A stretch of DNA of 64,000 nucleotides, from IMG/VR virus record IMGVR_UViG_3300025874_000005, positions 100,119-164,118 of that record; one strand, written 5' to 3'. Below are positions 55,287 to 64,000 of the stretch, piece after piece (position 1 is the first letter of the stretch; the number at the start of each line of letters is the position of its first letter). The position numbers and the translations under genes are program-made. The stretch is from a virus. The notes beneath the pieces were generated by a model. That model ran no database searches. It was not told where the DNA came from and worked only from the letters and a program-made list of their open reading frames with translations.

Positions 55287-58250
55287 ATGGCTGATAATAG
55301 TTTAGACCCTAAAAAATACCAACAGGTAGTTGAACTTCTTAAACAGATAAGAAGAGGCTATGAATCTTTAGGTAAAGCAAATCCTTTTACGGGTCAAACA
55401 GCACGTGAGTTTATTGACGCTATGGAGGATGCTGATGATGCTATTATTAAACTAGTTGATGGTGTAGATGAATTAGATAAGCAATTAGATAATGTTGGGA
55501 AAAATGCAAAGGGTTACTTTGAAACTTTAATAGGTTTAAATGGTGCCCTAAAAAAGCAAAATGAAAGTCTTAACATTACTAAAAGAGCAACCAGCCAAAT
55601 CCAGGGAATTGCTGAAAAGTTAAAAGATGATCAAGAGGGTATTAACAGACTAAACGCTAAAGAACTTGCCCAACTCCAACAAAAATACAAATCCCAACTT
55701 TCTAACTTTCAAATAGCTAATAAAGAAATACTTTTAGGAAAAGATGGTGAAAAATTAAATGAAGCTAATCTAAAAAAACGTTTAGCATCATTATTAGTAC
55801 AAGAAAAGATTACTGAGGGTCATGCTGATATGATAATGGAGATGCAGGCTGAGTCTTCAGTTTTAACTGACATAAACCAAAAATTAGCAGACAGGCAAGC
55901 AAAAGAAGCAAAGGTTGCTGAGTACAATGAATTAACCAATAAAGCATTAGACTCAGCTGGTGGGTTAATGAAAAGTTTAGGATTTGGTAAATATGCTGAT
56001 ATGTTTAAGGACATAAGTAAAGAAGCTAATGAATTAACTGAAGAACTTTACGACCAACAACAAGCAGCTAATGATTTTAATACGGAATTAAAAAAAGCCC
56101 AGGCAAACGGTGAAAGAACAGGTGAAGAGCTTAAAGATTTAAGTAAACTAGGTTTAGAGGATGCCGACATTGAGGCAAAAGTTTTAGGAGATACACTTGT
56201 AAAGGGAGCTACAAAGTTTAAGAAGGAAATGTTAGCTGCTTTAGATGTAGCTATACTTAAGGGTTTAAAAGATGGAATTAAAAAGTTTGGGGAAGAAAGA
56301 GAAGATTTAGCTAAAACATTTGCCCTAGGGAGAGATGATGCTAATAATTTAAAATCTTCATTAAATGTAGCTGCTAATTCTAGTGGAGAACTTCATTTTA
56401 ATATTGCAGATGCTGTTAAAGGTATACAAGAATTCAACCAAGAAATAGGAGGTGCTGTTAAACTAACCCAAGATGAATTAAAAACATTTTCATTATTATC
56501 TAATGAATTTGGGTTAACCAATGAACAAGCAGCTCAATTTGTAAAATCAGCAAAATTAAGAGGTGAAAGTGCTGAAGATCTTACTGCAACCTTAAGAGGA
56601 CAAGTAGCAATTTTAGCAGAACAAGAAGGAGTAGCAGTAAACCAACAACAAACATTTGCTGCCATTGGTAATATTAGTGCTGCTAATAGATTATCAATGG
56701 AAGGTCAAGGTAAATCATTAGCTAATGCAGCATTCCAAGCTGCTAAATTAGGAATGAGTCAATCACAACTTGAAAAAACATCATCATCACTATTAGACTT
56801 TGAAAGTTCTATAGCAGCAGAGATGGAAGCTGAATTAATGACTGGTAAACAGTTAAATTTAGAAGATGCCAGAAGAGCTGCTTTAATGGGTGATCAAGAA
56901 GGATTAGCCAAAGCAATATCTAGAGAAATAGGAACAGCTAAAGATTTTAGTAAAATGAATGTTTTACAACAACAATCATTAGCCAAAGCCTTTGGAATGT
57001 CAAGGGAAGAATTAGCAGAAACTTTAGAAACCCAAGAGCTTTTAACAGGTGAAGCTAAATCTATGACAGCTGCTTCTGATGCTTATAATAAAGCAATGGA
57101 GGATGGAGTTATAACAGCTGATGAACAAAGACAAATTGGATCTGATCAATTAACAGATCAACTACATGCTGAGGCTGCTAGTAAAAGATTTGCAGATGCT
57201 ATGGTAAAATTAAAAGATCAATTAACTCCTATTATGGAATCCATATCTAAGATATTAGATGGATTAATGGATATGGTTGAAGCTGCCCAAAGTGTAGGAG
57301 GTTTATTTACAAGTATAGGTAAATATATGGGAATTATATCTGGGATTAGGATATTTGCAAGAATGAAAGCAGGTTTAGGAGTATTAAAAAATATGTTTGG
57401 TTTTTTAACTAAAATAGGAGGAGCTGCATCATCTTTAGCAAGTACATTAGGGTTTGGTTCAACAGCTGCGTCATCAGCAGCATCCACATCAGCTAATGTT
57501 GCTGAGGGGGTTGCAGGAGCATCTACTAAAGCAGCAGCATCAAAAGTAGCAACAGCAGGTGGTGCAGCTGGTGGAGGTATGATGTCTAAAATTGGAGGAC
57601 TTTTTAGTAAAATAAATCCTATAAATGCTTTAAAAGATGCTATTAAACCTGTAATTGGTAAAGCTGCTTTAGGTCAAACTTTAAAATCATTAACAAAAAG
57701 AATTCCTATAATAGGAAGTTTTATTGAAGGAGTATTTGCAAACTCAGACATTAAAGGAATGATTGCTGACGGTAAAACTAAAAAAGAGATAGACGTAGCA
57801 ATAGGAAAAAGAGTAAATGAAGGTATAGGAGCAGTTATTGGGTCCGCTGGTGGAATGGCAGCTATTCAAGCTTTAAACATAGCACCAGGTTTAGGAATAG
57901 CTTTAACCCCAGTTGCAGGTATAGCAGGAGATTGGTTAGGAAGAAGATTAGGAGGGTTAATGCCAGGACAAGAAACTGTAGGGGGTATTGTTAGAAATAC
58001 ATTCTATGACAAAGAATCAGAAGCTGCGGGTATAGCAGAAGATTTTATTTCAAGACCAGGACAACCTATTCAAAAGTTTAGAGCTGATGATATTATAATG
58101 GGGGGAACTAATCTTACAGGTGGGGGTGATAATTCTCAAGTAGTAACTCTATTAAAAGAATTAATATCAGCAGTAAAAAGTGGCGGTGATGTTTATATTG
58201 ATGGAGCTAAAGCAGGTAAAGCAATGGTTATGGCGACTTCCAATATTTAA
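55287..58250 (+). CDS. Tape measure protein
   Basis: 987 aa, Ala/Gly/Lys-rich helical; LLDFESSIAAEMEAELMTGKQLNLEDAR core; hydrophobic G/A-rich C-terminal third; canonical position. Confidence 0.85.
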   Translation: MADNSLDPKKYQQVVELLKQIRRGYESLGKANPFTGQTAREFIDAMEDADDAIIKLVDGVDELDKQLDNVGKNAKGYFETLIGLNGALKKQNESLNITKRATSQIQGIAEKLKDDQEGINRLNAKELAQLQQKYKSQLSNFQIANKEILLGKDGEKLNEANLKKRLASLLVQEKITEGHADMIMEMQAESSVLTDINQKLADRQAKEAKVAEYNELTNKALDSAGGLMKSLGFGKYADMFKDISKEANELTEELYDQQQAANDFNTELKKAQANGERTGEELKDLSKLGLEDADIEAKVLGDTLVKGATKFKKEMLAALDVAILKGLKDGIKKFGEEREDLAKTFALGRDDANNLKSSLNVAANSSGELHFNIADAVKGIQEFNQEIGGAVKLTQDELKTFSLLSNEFGLTNEQAAQFVKSAKLRGESAEDLTATLRGQVAILAEQEGVAVNQQQTFAAIGNISAANRLSMEGQGKSLANAAFQAAKLGMSQSQLEKTSSSLLDFESSIAAEMEAELMTGKQLNLEDARRAALMGDQEGLAKAISREIGTAKDFSKMNVLQQQSLAKAFGMSREELAETLETQELLTGEAKSMTAASDAYNKAMEDGVITADEQRQIGSDQLTDQLHAEAASKRFADAMVKLKDQLTPIMESISKILDGLMDMVEAAQSVGGLFTSIGKYMGIISGIRIFARMKAGLGVLKNMFGFLTKIGGAASSLASTLGFGSTAASSAASTSANVAEGVAGASTKAAASKVATAGGAAGGGMMSKIGGLFSKINPINALKDAIKPVIGKAALGQTLKSLTKRIPIIGSFIEGVFANSDIKGMIADGKTKKEIDVAIGKRVNEGIGAVIGSAGGMAAIQALNIAPGLGIALTPVAGIAGDWLGRRLGGLMPGQETVGGIVRNTFYDKESEAAGIAEDFISRPGQPIQKFRADDIIMGGTNLTGGGDNSQVVTLLKELISAVKSGGDVYIDGAKAGKAMVMATSNI

Positions 58251-58252
58251 TA

Positions 58253-58262
58253 ATATTTATAA
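58253..58262 (+). promoter_or_regulatory. Putative late promoter motif ATATTTATAA
   Basis: Exact intergenic copy. Confidence 0.65.
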
Positions 58263-58290
58263 CAAAACAACAAATTAAACACATACAATT

Positions 58291-58590
58291 ATGGCAAATT
58301 CAATTCAAAAAATGTTTGATACTGATGGATCACCTTTAGGTGTTCCTGTATCACCAGCAAGCCCACAAGCTCCAGACGCAGTTAGCATTGTAGGTAATTC
58401 ATTACTCCACAATCAATACTCAAATATTGGAGACCCAACATTAACAAATCCAGCATATGATAATTTTGGTGCAGGAGCTATGGGATATACTAATCCAAGT
58501 ACTTCTCAATTAGGTGAACAAACACAAGCATACCAAGAACCAGTAAACAGATATGCAAATAACTTACCTGAAGGAGCAGCAGGAATCTAA
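58291..58590 (+). CDS. Small hypothetical virion protein
   Basis: 99 aa, P/G/N-rich; downstream of a late-motif copy. Confidence 0.55.
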   Translation: MANSIQKMFDTDGSPLGVPVSPASPQAPDAVSIVGNSLLHNQYSNIGDPTLTNPAYDNFGAGAMGYTNPSTSQLGEQTQAYQEPVNRYANNLPEGAAGI

Positions 58591-58599
58591 ATTTAAAAT

Positions 58600-60723
58600 A
58601 TGCCTCTAATTAATTTCCAAACAGATTTTACAAATCTGCCTTGGGGGAGAGACAGACGTAATAGTGACGACAGTCGTCAACCTTATATTACTAAAGATAT
58701 TCCTCAAGGTGATGATAACCTTCCTGTAAGATCAGGACCGGATTTTATCGTTAGGGGAGGATTAAAGGCAGTTTCAAATGCGTTAGATGATGTAGGTAGA
58801 TTAGCCCAAATGTTTGTGGATACTAAAAATCCATCAGCAGGTTTAGGATTTATAGCTAAACAAAATATATTATCTAGAACATCAGTTAAAACCCCAGCTT
58901 CATTTGGTTTAGGATATGCCGGTTTTACACCTTATGTTTGGGGTGTAAATGAAAATGGACTAATAGCTGAAGGTGGTGGTAATATAAATCAAGGAGTTTA
59001 TACTCCTATAGGTACTATAGCAACAGCTTTAGGAAATGGGTTAGGATTTCATGCAAATTTATTAGGTTTAGACCCTTTTTCCCCAATGAGTGGTGTAGTA
59101 GAAGGGGGTTTATTTCAGGGTGATTTACCTCCAGGGATGAGTTTATTAGGTTTAAATACCTATGAAGCAGCTACTAAACAATTAAATGAAACAGCTGAAA
59201 ATAATAGATTAGTAACATTCTTAACTAGGGCTGAAGAAGTAGGCAACAGCCCAGACCAAAATATTTTTGCTTATAGTGGAGGACCGGGTGCTATTTTAGG
59301 AATAGGTAAAACAAATATTAGATTTGCAGATCAACGAACAGGAGTAGCAAATCCTCAATCTGTATCAAACCCTGGACAGTTTTATTTAGGTGGAGTTACT
59401 AGAAGATCATATCAAACTGATGATTTATCAAAATTCCAATACCAACTTTCCATCCAAAATAGTGCCACAGCTAAATACGGCCAATTATATTTAACATCAA
59501 ATGAAAAATTTAAATTCCAGAGAAATAGAGAATTTTTATTTGATGATGTTAATGGTCCCGCAATATTAAAAGGAATAAATGGTCCTTACCAAACTTTTAA
59601 TTATAAGGTAGATGGGTTAGTAAATGAGATAAATTCATTTACAGATGATGAAACTGGAGAAGTAACAACATATAATACTCAAAAATTTATAGTAAATAAT
59701 AATGTATTATACAAAAATAACTCAAGAACATATTCACAACCACAATTAATAGGTAAAGAAAATGTAATTGAAGGAGGAGCTGCGGGTTTATACCCTACAG
59801 ATTTTAGAAAAGAACTATATGATGTAGATGGAGTTAATTTAGAAGATACAAAAGTATCATCTGTAATAGGTTTATCCCCTAACTATAGAGTTAAAAATAT
59901 AGATGAAAGGCTTAATATGGGTATGCCTGGAAAAGAAGGTGGTGAATACAGAGCAGATTACACTGGAAATAAAAATGTATGGAATTATGGAATCCCAGCA
60001 ACTGAATTACAAGCATTAGATAAAATTACAGCTATGCCTATGTATGATGGTACAGGGCCTGACGCAAACCAACCAATTAATGATTTAGTTAAGTTTAGAA
60101 TAGCAGCTATAAATAATGATGGCACAGATGGTGAAGCTGTTTATATGCATTTTAGAGCATTTTTAGATAATATGTCAGATAATTATGAAGCTAATTGGAA
60201 TAGTATTAAGTATGTTGGAAGGGGAGAACCATTATACAATTATGAAGGGTTTGGTAGAACTATATCATTAGGTTTTACAGTTGCAGCACAATCAAAAGCT
60301 GAACTTATCCCCATGTATAAAAAATTAAATTATTTAGCATCAACTTTAGCTCCTGATTACACAGCAGCAGGGTTTATGAGAGGAAATTTAGTTAGACTAA
60401 CAGTAGGGGGATATTTATATGAACAGCCTGGTTTTATTACATCATTAACATATGATATACCTGATACTTCAACTTGGGAAATAGCTATTGATGCTGAAGG
60501 AGGATCAGATGGTAGTGTTAAAGAACTCCCCCATGTTATTAAAGTAAGCGGGTTTTCATTCACCCCAATTCATACATTCCTACCAGAAAAACCAAATAAT
60601 GCAAATAATCCAAATAGTAAATTTATTGCATTAAGTAATGGGGTTAATAATAATTACAATGATGTATATGAAACATATCAACCAACTGCAGGTAGTGGAG
60701 GAGATAACCAAAGCCAAACATAA
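58600..60723 (+). CDS. Baseplate/tail-tube initiator-like protein
   Basis: C-terminal FRAFLDNMSD...W....YVGRGE..Y.Y.GFGRTISLGF...LTVGGY tube-fold pattern; position after the tape measure gene. Confidence 0.6.
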   Translation: MPLINFQTDFTNLPWGRDRRNSDDSRQPYITKDIPQGDDNLPVRSGPDFIVRGGLKAVSNALDDVGRLAQMFVDTKNPSAGLGFIAKQNILSRTSVKTPASFGLGYAGFTPYVWGVNENGLIAEGGGNINQGVYTPIGTIATALGNGLGFHANLLGLDPFSPMSGVVEGGLFQGDLPPGMSLLGLNTYEAATKQLNETAENNRLVTFLTRAEEVGNSPDQNIFAYSGGPGAILGIGKTNIRFADQRTGVANPQSVSNPGQFYLGGVTRRSYQTDDLSKFQYQLSIQNSATAKYGQLYLTSNEKFKFQRNREFLFDDVNGPAILKGINGPYQTFNYKVDGLVNEINSFTDDETGEVTTYNTQKFIVNNNVLYKNNSRTYSQPQLIGKENVIEGGAAGLYPTDFRKELYDVDGVNLEDTKVSSVIGLSPNYRVKNIDERLNMGMPGKEGGEYRADYTGNKNVWNYGIPATELQALDKITAMPMYDGTGPDANQPINDLVKFRIAAINNDGTDGEAVYMHFRAFLDNMSDNYEANWNSIKYVGRGEPLYNYEGFGRTISLGFTVAAQSKAELIPMYKKLNYLASTLAPDYTAAGFMRGNLVRLTVGGYLYEQPGFITSLTYDIPDTSTWEIAIDAEGGSDGSVKELPHVIKVSGFSFTPIHTFLPEKPNNANNPNSKFIALSNGVNNNYNDVYETYQPTAGSGGDNQSQT

Positions 60724-61043
60724 TGAATAGGTATTCTAACGTAAAAGAAATAAGAAATACAAATGAATTTGTAGGCACTATTGGTACTAGATATTATACT
60801 AATAATACTTATCCCGAAGTTCCCCCAAATGAAAATGATATATGGGTTGAAACAGAATTTGGTGATAGATTAGATTCATTAGCATTTCAATTTTATAATG
60901 ATGTTACCTTATATTGGGTAATATCTATAGCAAACCCAAATAAGATTAATATGGGCTCCTTATTTTTAGACCCAGGTGCCCAAATAAGAATCCCAACAAA
61001 TATAGTCCAAATAGTAGATAGTTATAATATATTAAATAGGTAA
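60723..61043 (+). CDS. LysM-like baseplate protein (gp53/tail X-like)
   Basis: GDRLDSLAFQFYNDVTLYWVISIAN...GAQIRIP. Confidence 0.8.
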   Translation: MNRYSNVKEIRNTNEFVGTIGTRYYTNNTYPEVPPNENDIWVETEFGDRLDSLAFQFYNDVTLYWVISIANPNKINMGSLFLDPGAQIRIPTNIVQIVDSYNILNR

Positions 61044-61048
61044 AAGTT

Positions 61049-63976
61049 ATGGGTCAATCATTTACAGGAACCCCTTTTGATCAAGGTGTAAAAACTCAAA
61101 TAGAAACAAGACAAAAATCTTTAGGAAAATATACTAATATTCCTTCTAAAGATCTTCAATATTATAATACAAAAACCCCATTTTTAAGGCTAGCAAGTTC
61201 AGTTGATTTAGAATTTTATAACCCCCTAAAAGGAGTACCTAAACAGTTAAAAAATCTAGGATATCCTGTAGATACATGGGATGGGTATTACTTAGCAAAA
61301 AATATAATACTTCAAGGAGGAGTAATGTCAGCAGATTTTGATGAAGGGTCAAACCCAGGAAAATTAAAATTTGGTTTAAATGATGGTAATAGCGTTTTTA
61401 ATGGTGCTTATGGGTGGGGAGGTACATCAGAAAGAGGATATGTTCCTATGCCTGGTATTACAACAGCCGATGTAACATATTATAATAATGGAGCTTTAGC
61501 TAAGTGTAACATTAATATAAAATGCTTCAGTAAGGCTCAATTTCAATTAATTGATATACTCTATTTAAGACCAGGATATACTTTATTAATGGAATTTGGA
61601 CATTCTGTATGGTTAGATAATGAACAAAATCTAAAATCTATGGATAGTTTCTTAACAGAACCTATGTCTAAATTTCTTTCACCCGATGAAGGAACAAACC
61701 AATACGAAATTTATCAATCTATTAAAACGGCTAGAGAAACATATGATTATAACTATGAAGCTTTTTTTGGTCAGATAAGTAATTTTAATTGGCAGTTTAA
61801 TAGTGATGGTAGTTATGATTGTCAAGTCCAATTAACATCCTTAGGAGATGTTATTTCAGCCCTAAAATGTAATATTACAGACCCTTCTTTAATAGAAATT
61901 AAAACAGATACAAGGGGATGGTGGAAAAAATTATGGACATCAGATCCAGACCCCACACAACAACCCCCATTAGTAGCAAATGCAAATAAAACAATAGTAA
62001 ATAGAGAATTATATGGTATATACCAAGCTGCTCAAGTTTCAGATCCTCAATTACAACTTTTAGATTATGAACTTGTAGATTATAGAGGTATAGATGAAAG
62101 TGGAAAACCTGAAACCCAATCATCTTTAACATTTTCTAAAGGACTACTTACAATTCCCGGCACAACCGCAGATATAGAAGAAAACCAATCACCCCAAGTT
62201 TATATAAAATATGGAGCTTTTTTAGCTTATTTACAATCAAAAATTCTATTATATGATAATAGTACTGATACACCTTTAGTTGTTTTTGATATGGATTTTA
62301 AAAACCTCGATAAAGATGAAAATGTAATATTTAAAGTACCAGGACAATTTTCAGCAGATCCTAGAATATGTATAATTCCTTATTCAAATACTAACATAGG
62401 AGAAGGTGTAACTCTACCCCAAACAAAAATTAATGAAGTTGTTTCTGCAACAGCTTGGGAATATCAAACTTATTTAGGTAGAGTAGGTAACATTATGGTA
62501 AATGTTAATTTTTTAGCTACTTGTTTAGTAGATGCCTCTGATGAAAAAGGTAATATTAATGTTATTAATTATCTTAAAAGTATTAATAATGGATTAATAA
62601 CAGCATTGGGAGATATAAATGAATTTAAAATCAAATTATCCGATGATGGTTTAAAATTAATATTTAATGAAAATATCCCCCAAAGAAGAACACCAGATAC
62701 CCCAACAAGTGAATATACTAGATTTAATGTGTATGGTGTAAAACCTGGAGTTGAGGGAAGTTTTATTAGAAATGTAAGTTTAAATGCTTCAATTCCTTCA
62801 AATTTTGCTACTATGATATCTATTGGGGCCCAAAGTAATGGAAATCAATTATCTGAAAATGCAACTTCGTTTTCAAATTATAATATGGGGTTAGCAGATA
62901 GGATTATAAAAGTAAAAGAAAGCATTTACCCTAAAAAAACACCAACTAATGAAGATGAAGTAGATGAAGTAACAATAAAAACTAATTTTGATGATAATAT
63001 AAATGCAACTAATGAAGAAGGTGCAAGTTTATTTTTAAAAATTTATGGGGATGCAAGTTTAAAATTTTTAAATGATAACATAGGTTCTCTAGTAAGCCAC
63101 AATAAAACTCATGCTTCTTTATTAGTAGGAAAATTAACTAAAGATAACCAAATACAAGCTCCTTTCTTTTTACCATTTAACTTCCAACTTGAAATGGATG
63201 GACTTTCAGGTATGAAATTATATCAGAAATTTTTAATGACTGATGACATTTTACCACCCACATATACTAATGATGGGGTTGATTTACAAATTACGGGTAT
63301 AAATCATAAAATAGACACATCATCTTGGATTACAGAGGTAACAACTCAAAGTGTAGCAGCCGAAACTTTAGGAGCTCCCGCAAGACCAAAACAATTAGTA
63401 TCATCACAAACAACACAACAATCATCAGCCCAAGGCGATGCATTACCTTTATCAACAAATGAGGCACCAGCATCTGATGATCCAGAATCAGTTGAAAGGT
63501 TTAATGCTATGCAAGCCTCTTACAATTATGTATTTAGTAGAGATGGAGAAATAAGTGGGATGTGTGCTAGATATTCTTATAATTTAGCTTTAAATTACAT
63601 GAGATATTTACGAGATAACAACCCAGAAAAAAGACAATTAGCAGCAGGGGGTAATGCTAACAATAACCAAGAATATTATAATAATTTAACAGCCTTAGGA
63701 TATACTAAAACCCAATCTGTTGTTACTAAAACACAACTATTAAATGACTTAGCTACCCGTACTTGGGGTTATGGGGATGTTGTAGCATACTATTGTAATA
63801 ATGGTCCTACACAAGAATCCCATGTAAAATATGGTCACACGCAAGTTTATGTAGGGACTATTAACTCTGTTGGGTGGACAACATCAACAAGATCAAATTA
63901 TAATACAGATTTCCCATATAGATCTAGAGTAGGAGATAATTGGACATATTTAATATTTACAGCACCCGCAGAATAA
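61049..63976 (+). CDS. Baseplate hub protein with C-terminal CHAP-like peptidoglycan hydrolase domain
   Basis: PMPGIT, YLRPGY.LLMEFGH hub-type motifs; C-terminal GMCARY, GNAN, GDVV, YGHTQVY Cys-His pattern. Confidence 0.65.
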   Translation: MGQSFTGTPFDQGVKTQIETRQKSLGKYTNIPSKDLQYYNTKTPFLRLASSVDLEFYNPLKGVPKQLKNLGYPVDTWDGYYLAKNIILQGGVMSADFDEGSNPGKLKFGLNDGNSVFNGAYGWGGTSERGYVPMPGITTADVTYYNNGALAKCNINIKCFSKAQFQLIDILYLRPGYTLLMEFGHSVWLDNEQNLKSMDSFLTEPMSKFLSPDEGTNQYEIYQSIKTARETYDYNYEAFFGQISNFNWQFNSDGSYDCQVQLTSLGDVISALKCNITDPSLIEIKTDTRGWWKKLWTSDPDPTQQPPLVANANKTIVNRELYGIYQAAQVSDPQLQLLDYELVDYRGIDESGKPETQSSLTFSKGLLTIPGTTADIEENQSPQVYIKYGAFLAYLQSKILLYDNSTDTPLVVFDMDFKNLDKDENVIFKVPGQFSADPRICIIPYSNTNIGEGVTLPQTKINEVVSATAWEYQTYLGRVGNIMVNVNFLATCLVDASDEKGNINVINYLKSINNGLITALGDINEFKIKLSDDGLKLIFNENIPQRRTPDTPTSEYTRFNVYGVKPGVEGSFIRNVSLNASIPSNFATMISIGAQSNGNQLSENATSFSNYNMGLADRIIKVKESIYPKKTPTNEDEVDEVTIKTNFDDNINATNEEGASLFLKIYGDASLKFLNDNIGSLVSHNKTHASLLVGKLTKDNQIQAPFFLPFNFQLEMDGLSGMKLYQKFLMTDDILPPTYTNDGVDLQITGINHKIDTSSWITEVTTQSVAAETLGAPARPKQLVSSQTTQQSSAQGDALPLSTNEAPASDDPESVERFNAMQASYNYVFSRDGEISGMCARYSYNLALNYMRYLRDNNPEKRQLAAGGNANNNQEYYNNLTALGYTKTQSVVTKTQLLNDLATRTWGYGDVVAYYCNNGPTQESHVKYGHTQVYVGTINSVGWTTSTRSNYNTDFPYRSRVGDNWTYLIFTAPAE

Positions 63977-64000
63977 TTATGTATATACCAAAAAGTAGAA

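Noticed and set aside
1516-62132. Short minus-strand ORFs in the track (e.g. 2235-2429, 20617-20976, 22438-22815, 57218-57487)
   Set aside because: All overlap well-supported + strand genes and have the S/F/L-rich composition expected of antisense frames
1-64000. Stop-codon reassignment, tRNA genes, introns/inteins, integrase or transposase
   Set aside because: Genes are full length under the standard code and TAA, TAG and TGA all act as stops; intergenic gaps are short with no cloverleaf seen; terminase, portal and capsid are uninterrupted; no recombinase motifs recognised
63979-64000. Start of a further ORF (MYIPKSR...)
   Set aside because: Only 7 codons lie inside the window, too little to annotate

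Overview
An AT-rich, gene-dense window with essentially all genes on the + strand. It is the virion-morphogenesis region of a large T4-like myovirus (probably a jumbo phage). The host is probably Bacteroidota, inferred from A-rich start contexts without Shine-Dalgarno sequences and from two TTTG-N20-TATATT promoter-like elements. Gene order: a block of charged putative head-internal proteins (1-9.8 kb); a small metabolic operon (FAD oxidoreductase, cupin, FkbM methyltransferase, P-loop kinase); terminase, portal, prohead protease, scaffold and major capsid protein; an amidinotransferase + phosphatidylserine-decarboxylase-like pair + PhoH; neck genes; a 3007-aa Gly-Thr-Ser repeat protein followed by three glycosyltransferase genes; then sheath, tube, tail chaperone, tape measure and baseplate genes. 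The best candidate for an undescribed system is a phage-encoded protein O-glycosylation module: a giant Ser/Thr-rich triplet-repeat fibre with GT-B/GT-A glycosyltransferases and an Aah/TibC-type heptosyltransferase homologue. Other notable signals are an uncalled 22-aa, 9-Cys metallothionein-like ORF, an uncalled Hc1-like ORF, two promoter classes, a domain cassette shared between the sheath and another structural gene, a probable +1/-2 tail-chaperone frameshift, and shared leader motifs on head proteins. All family assignments come from motif recognition by eye; no searches were run.
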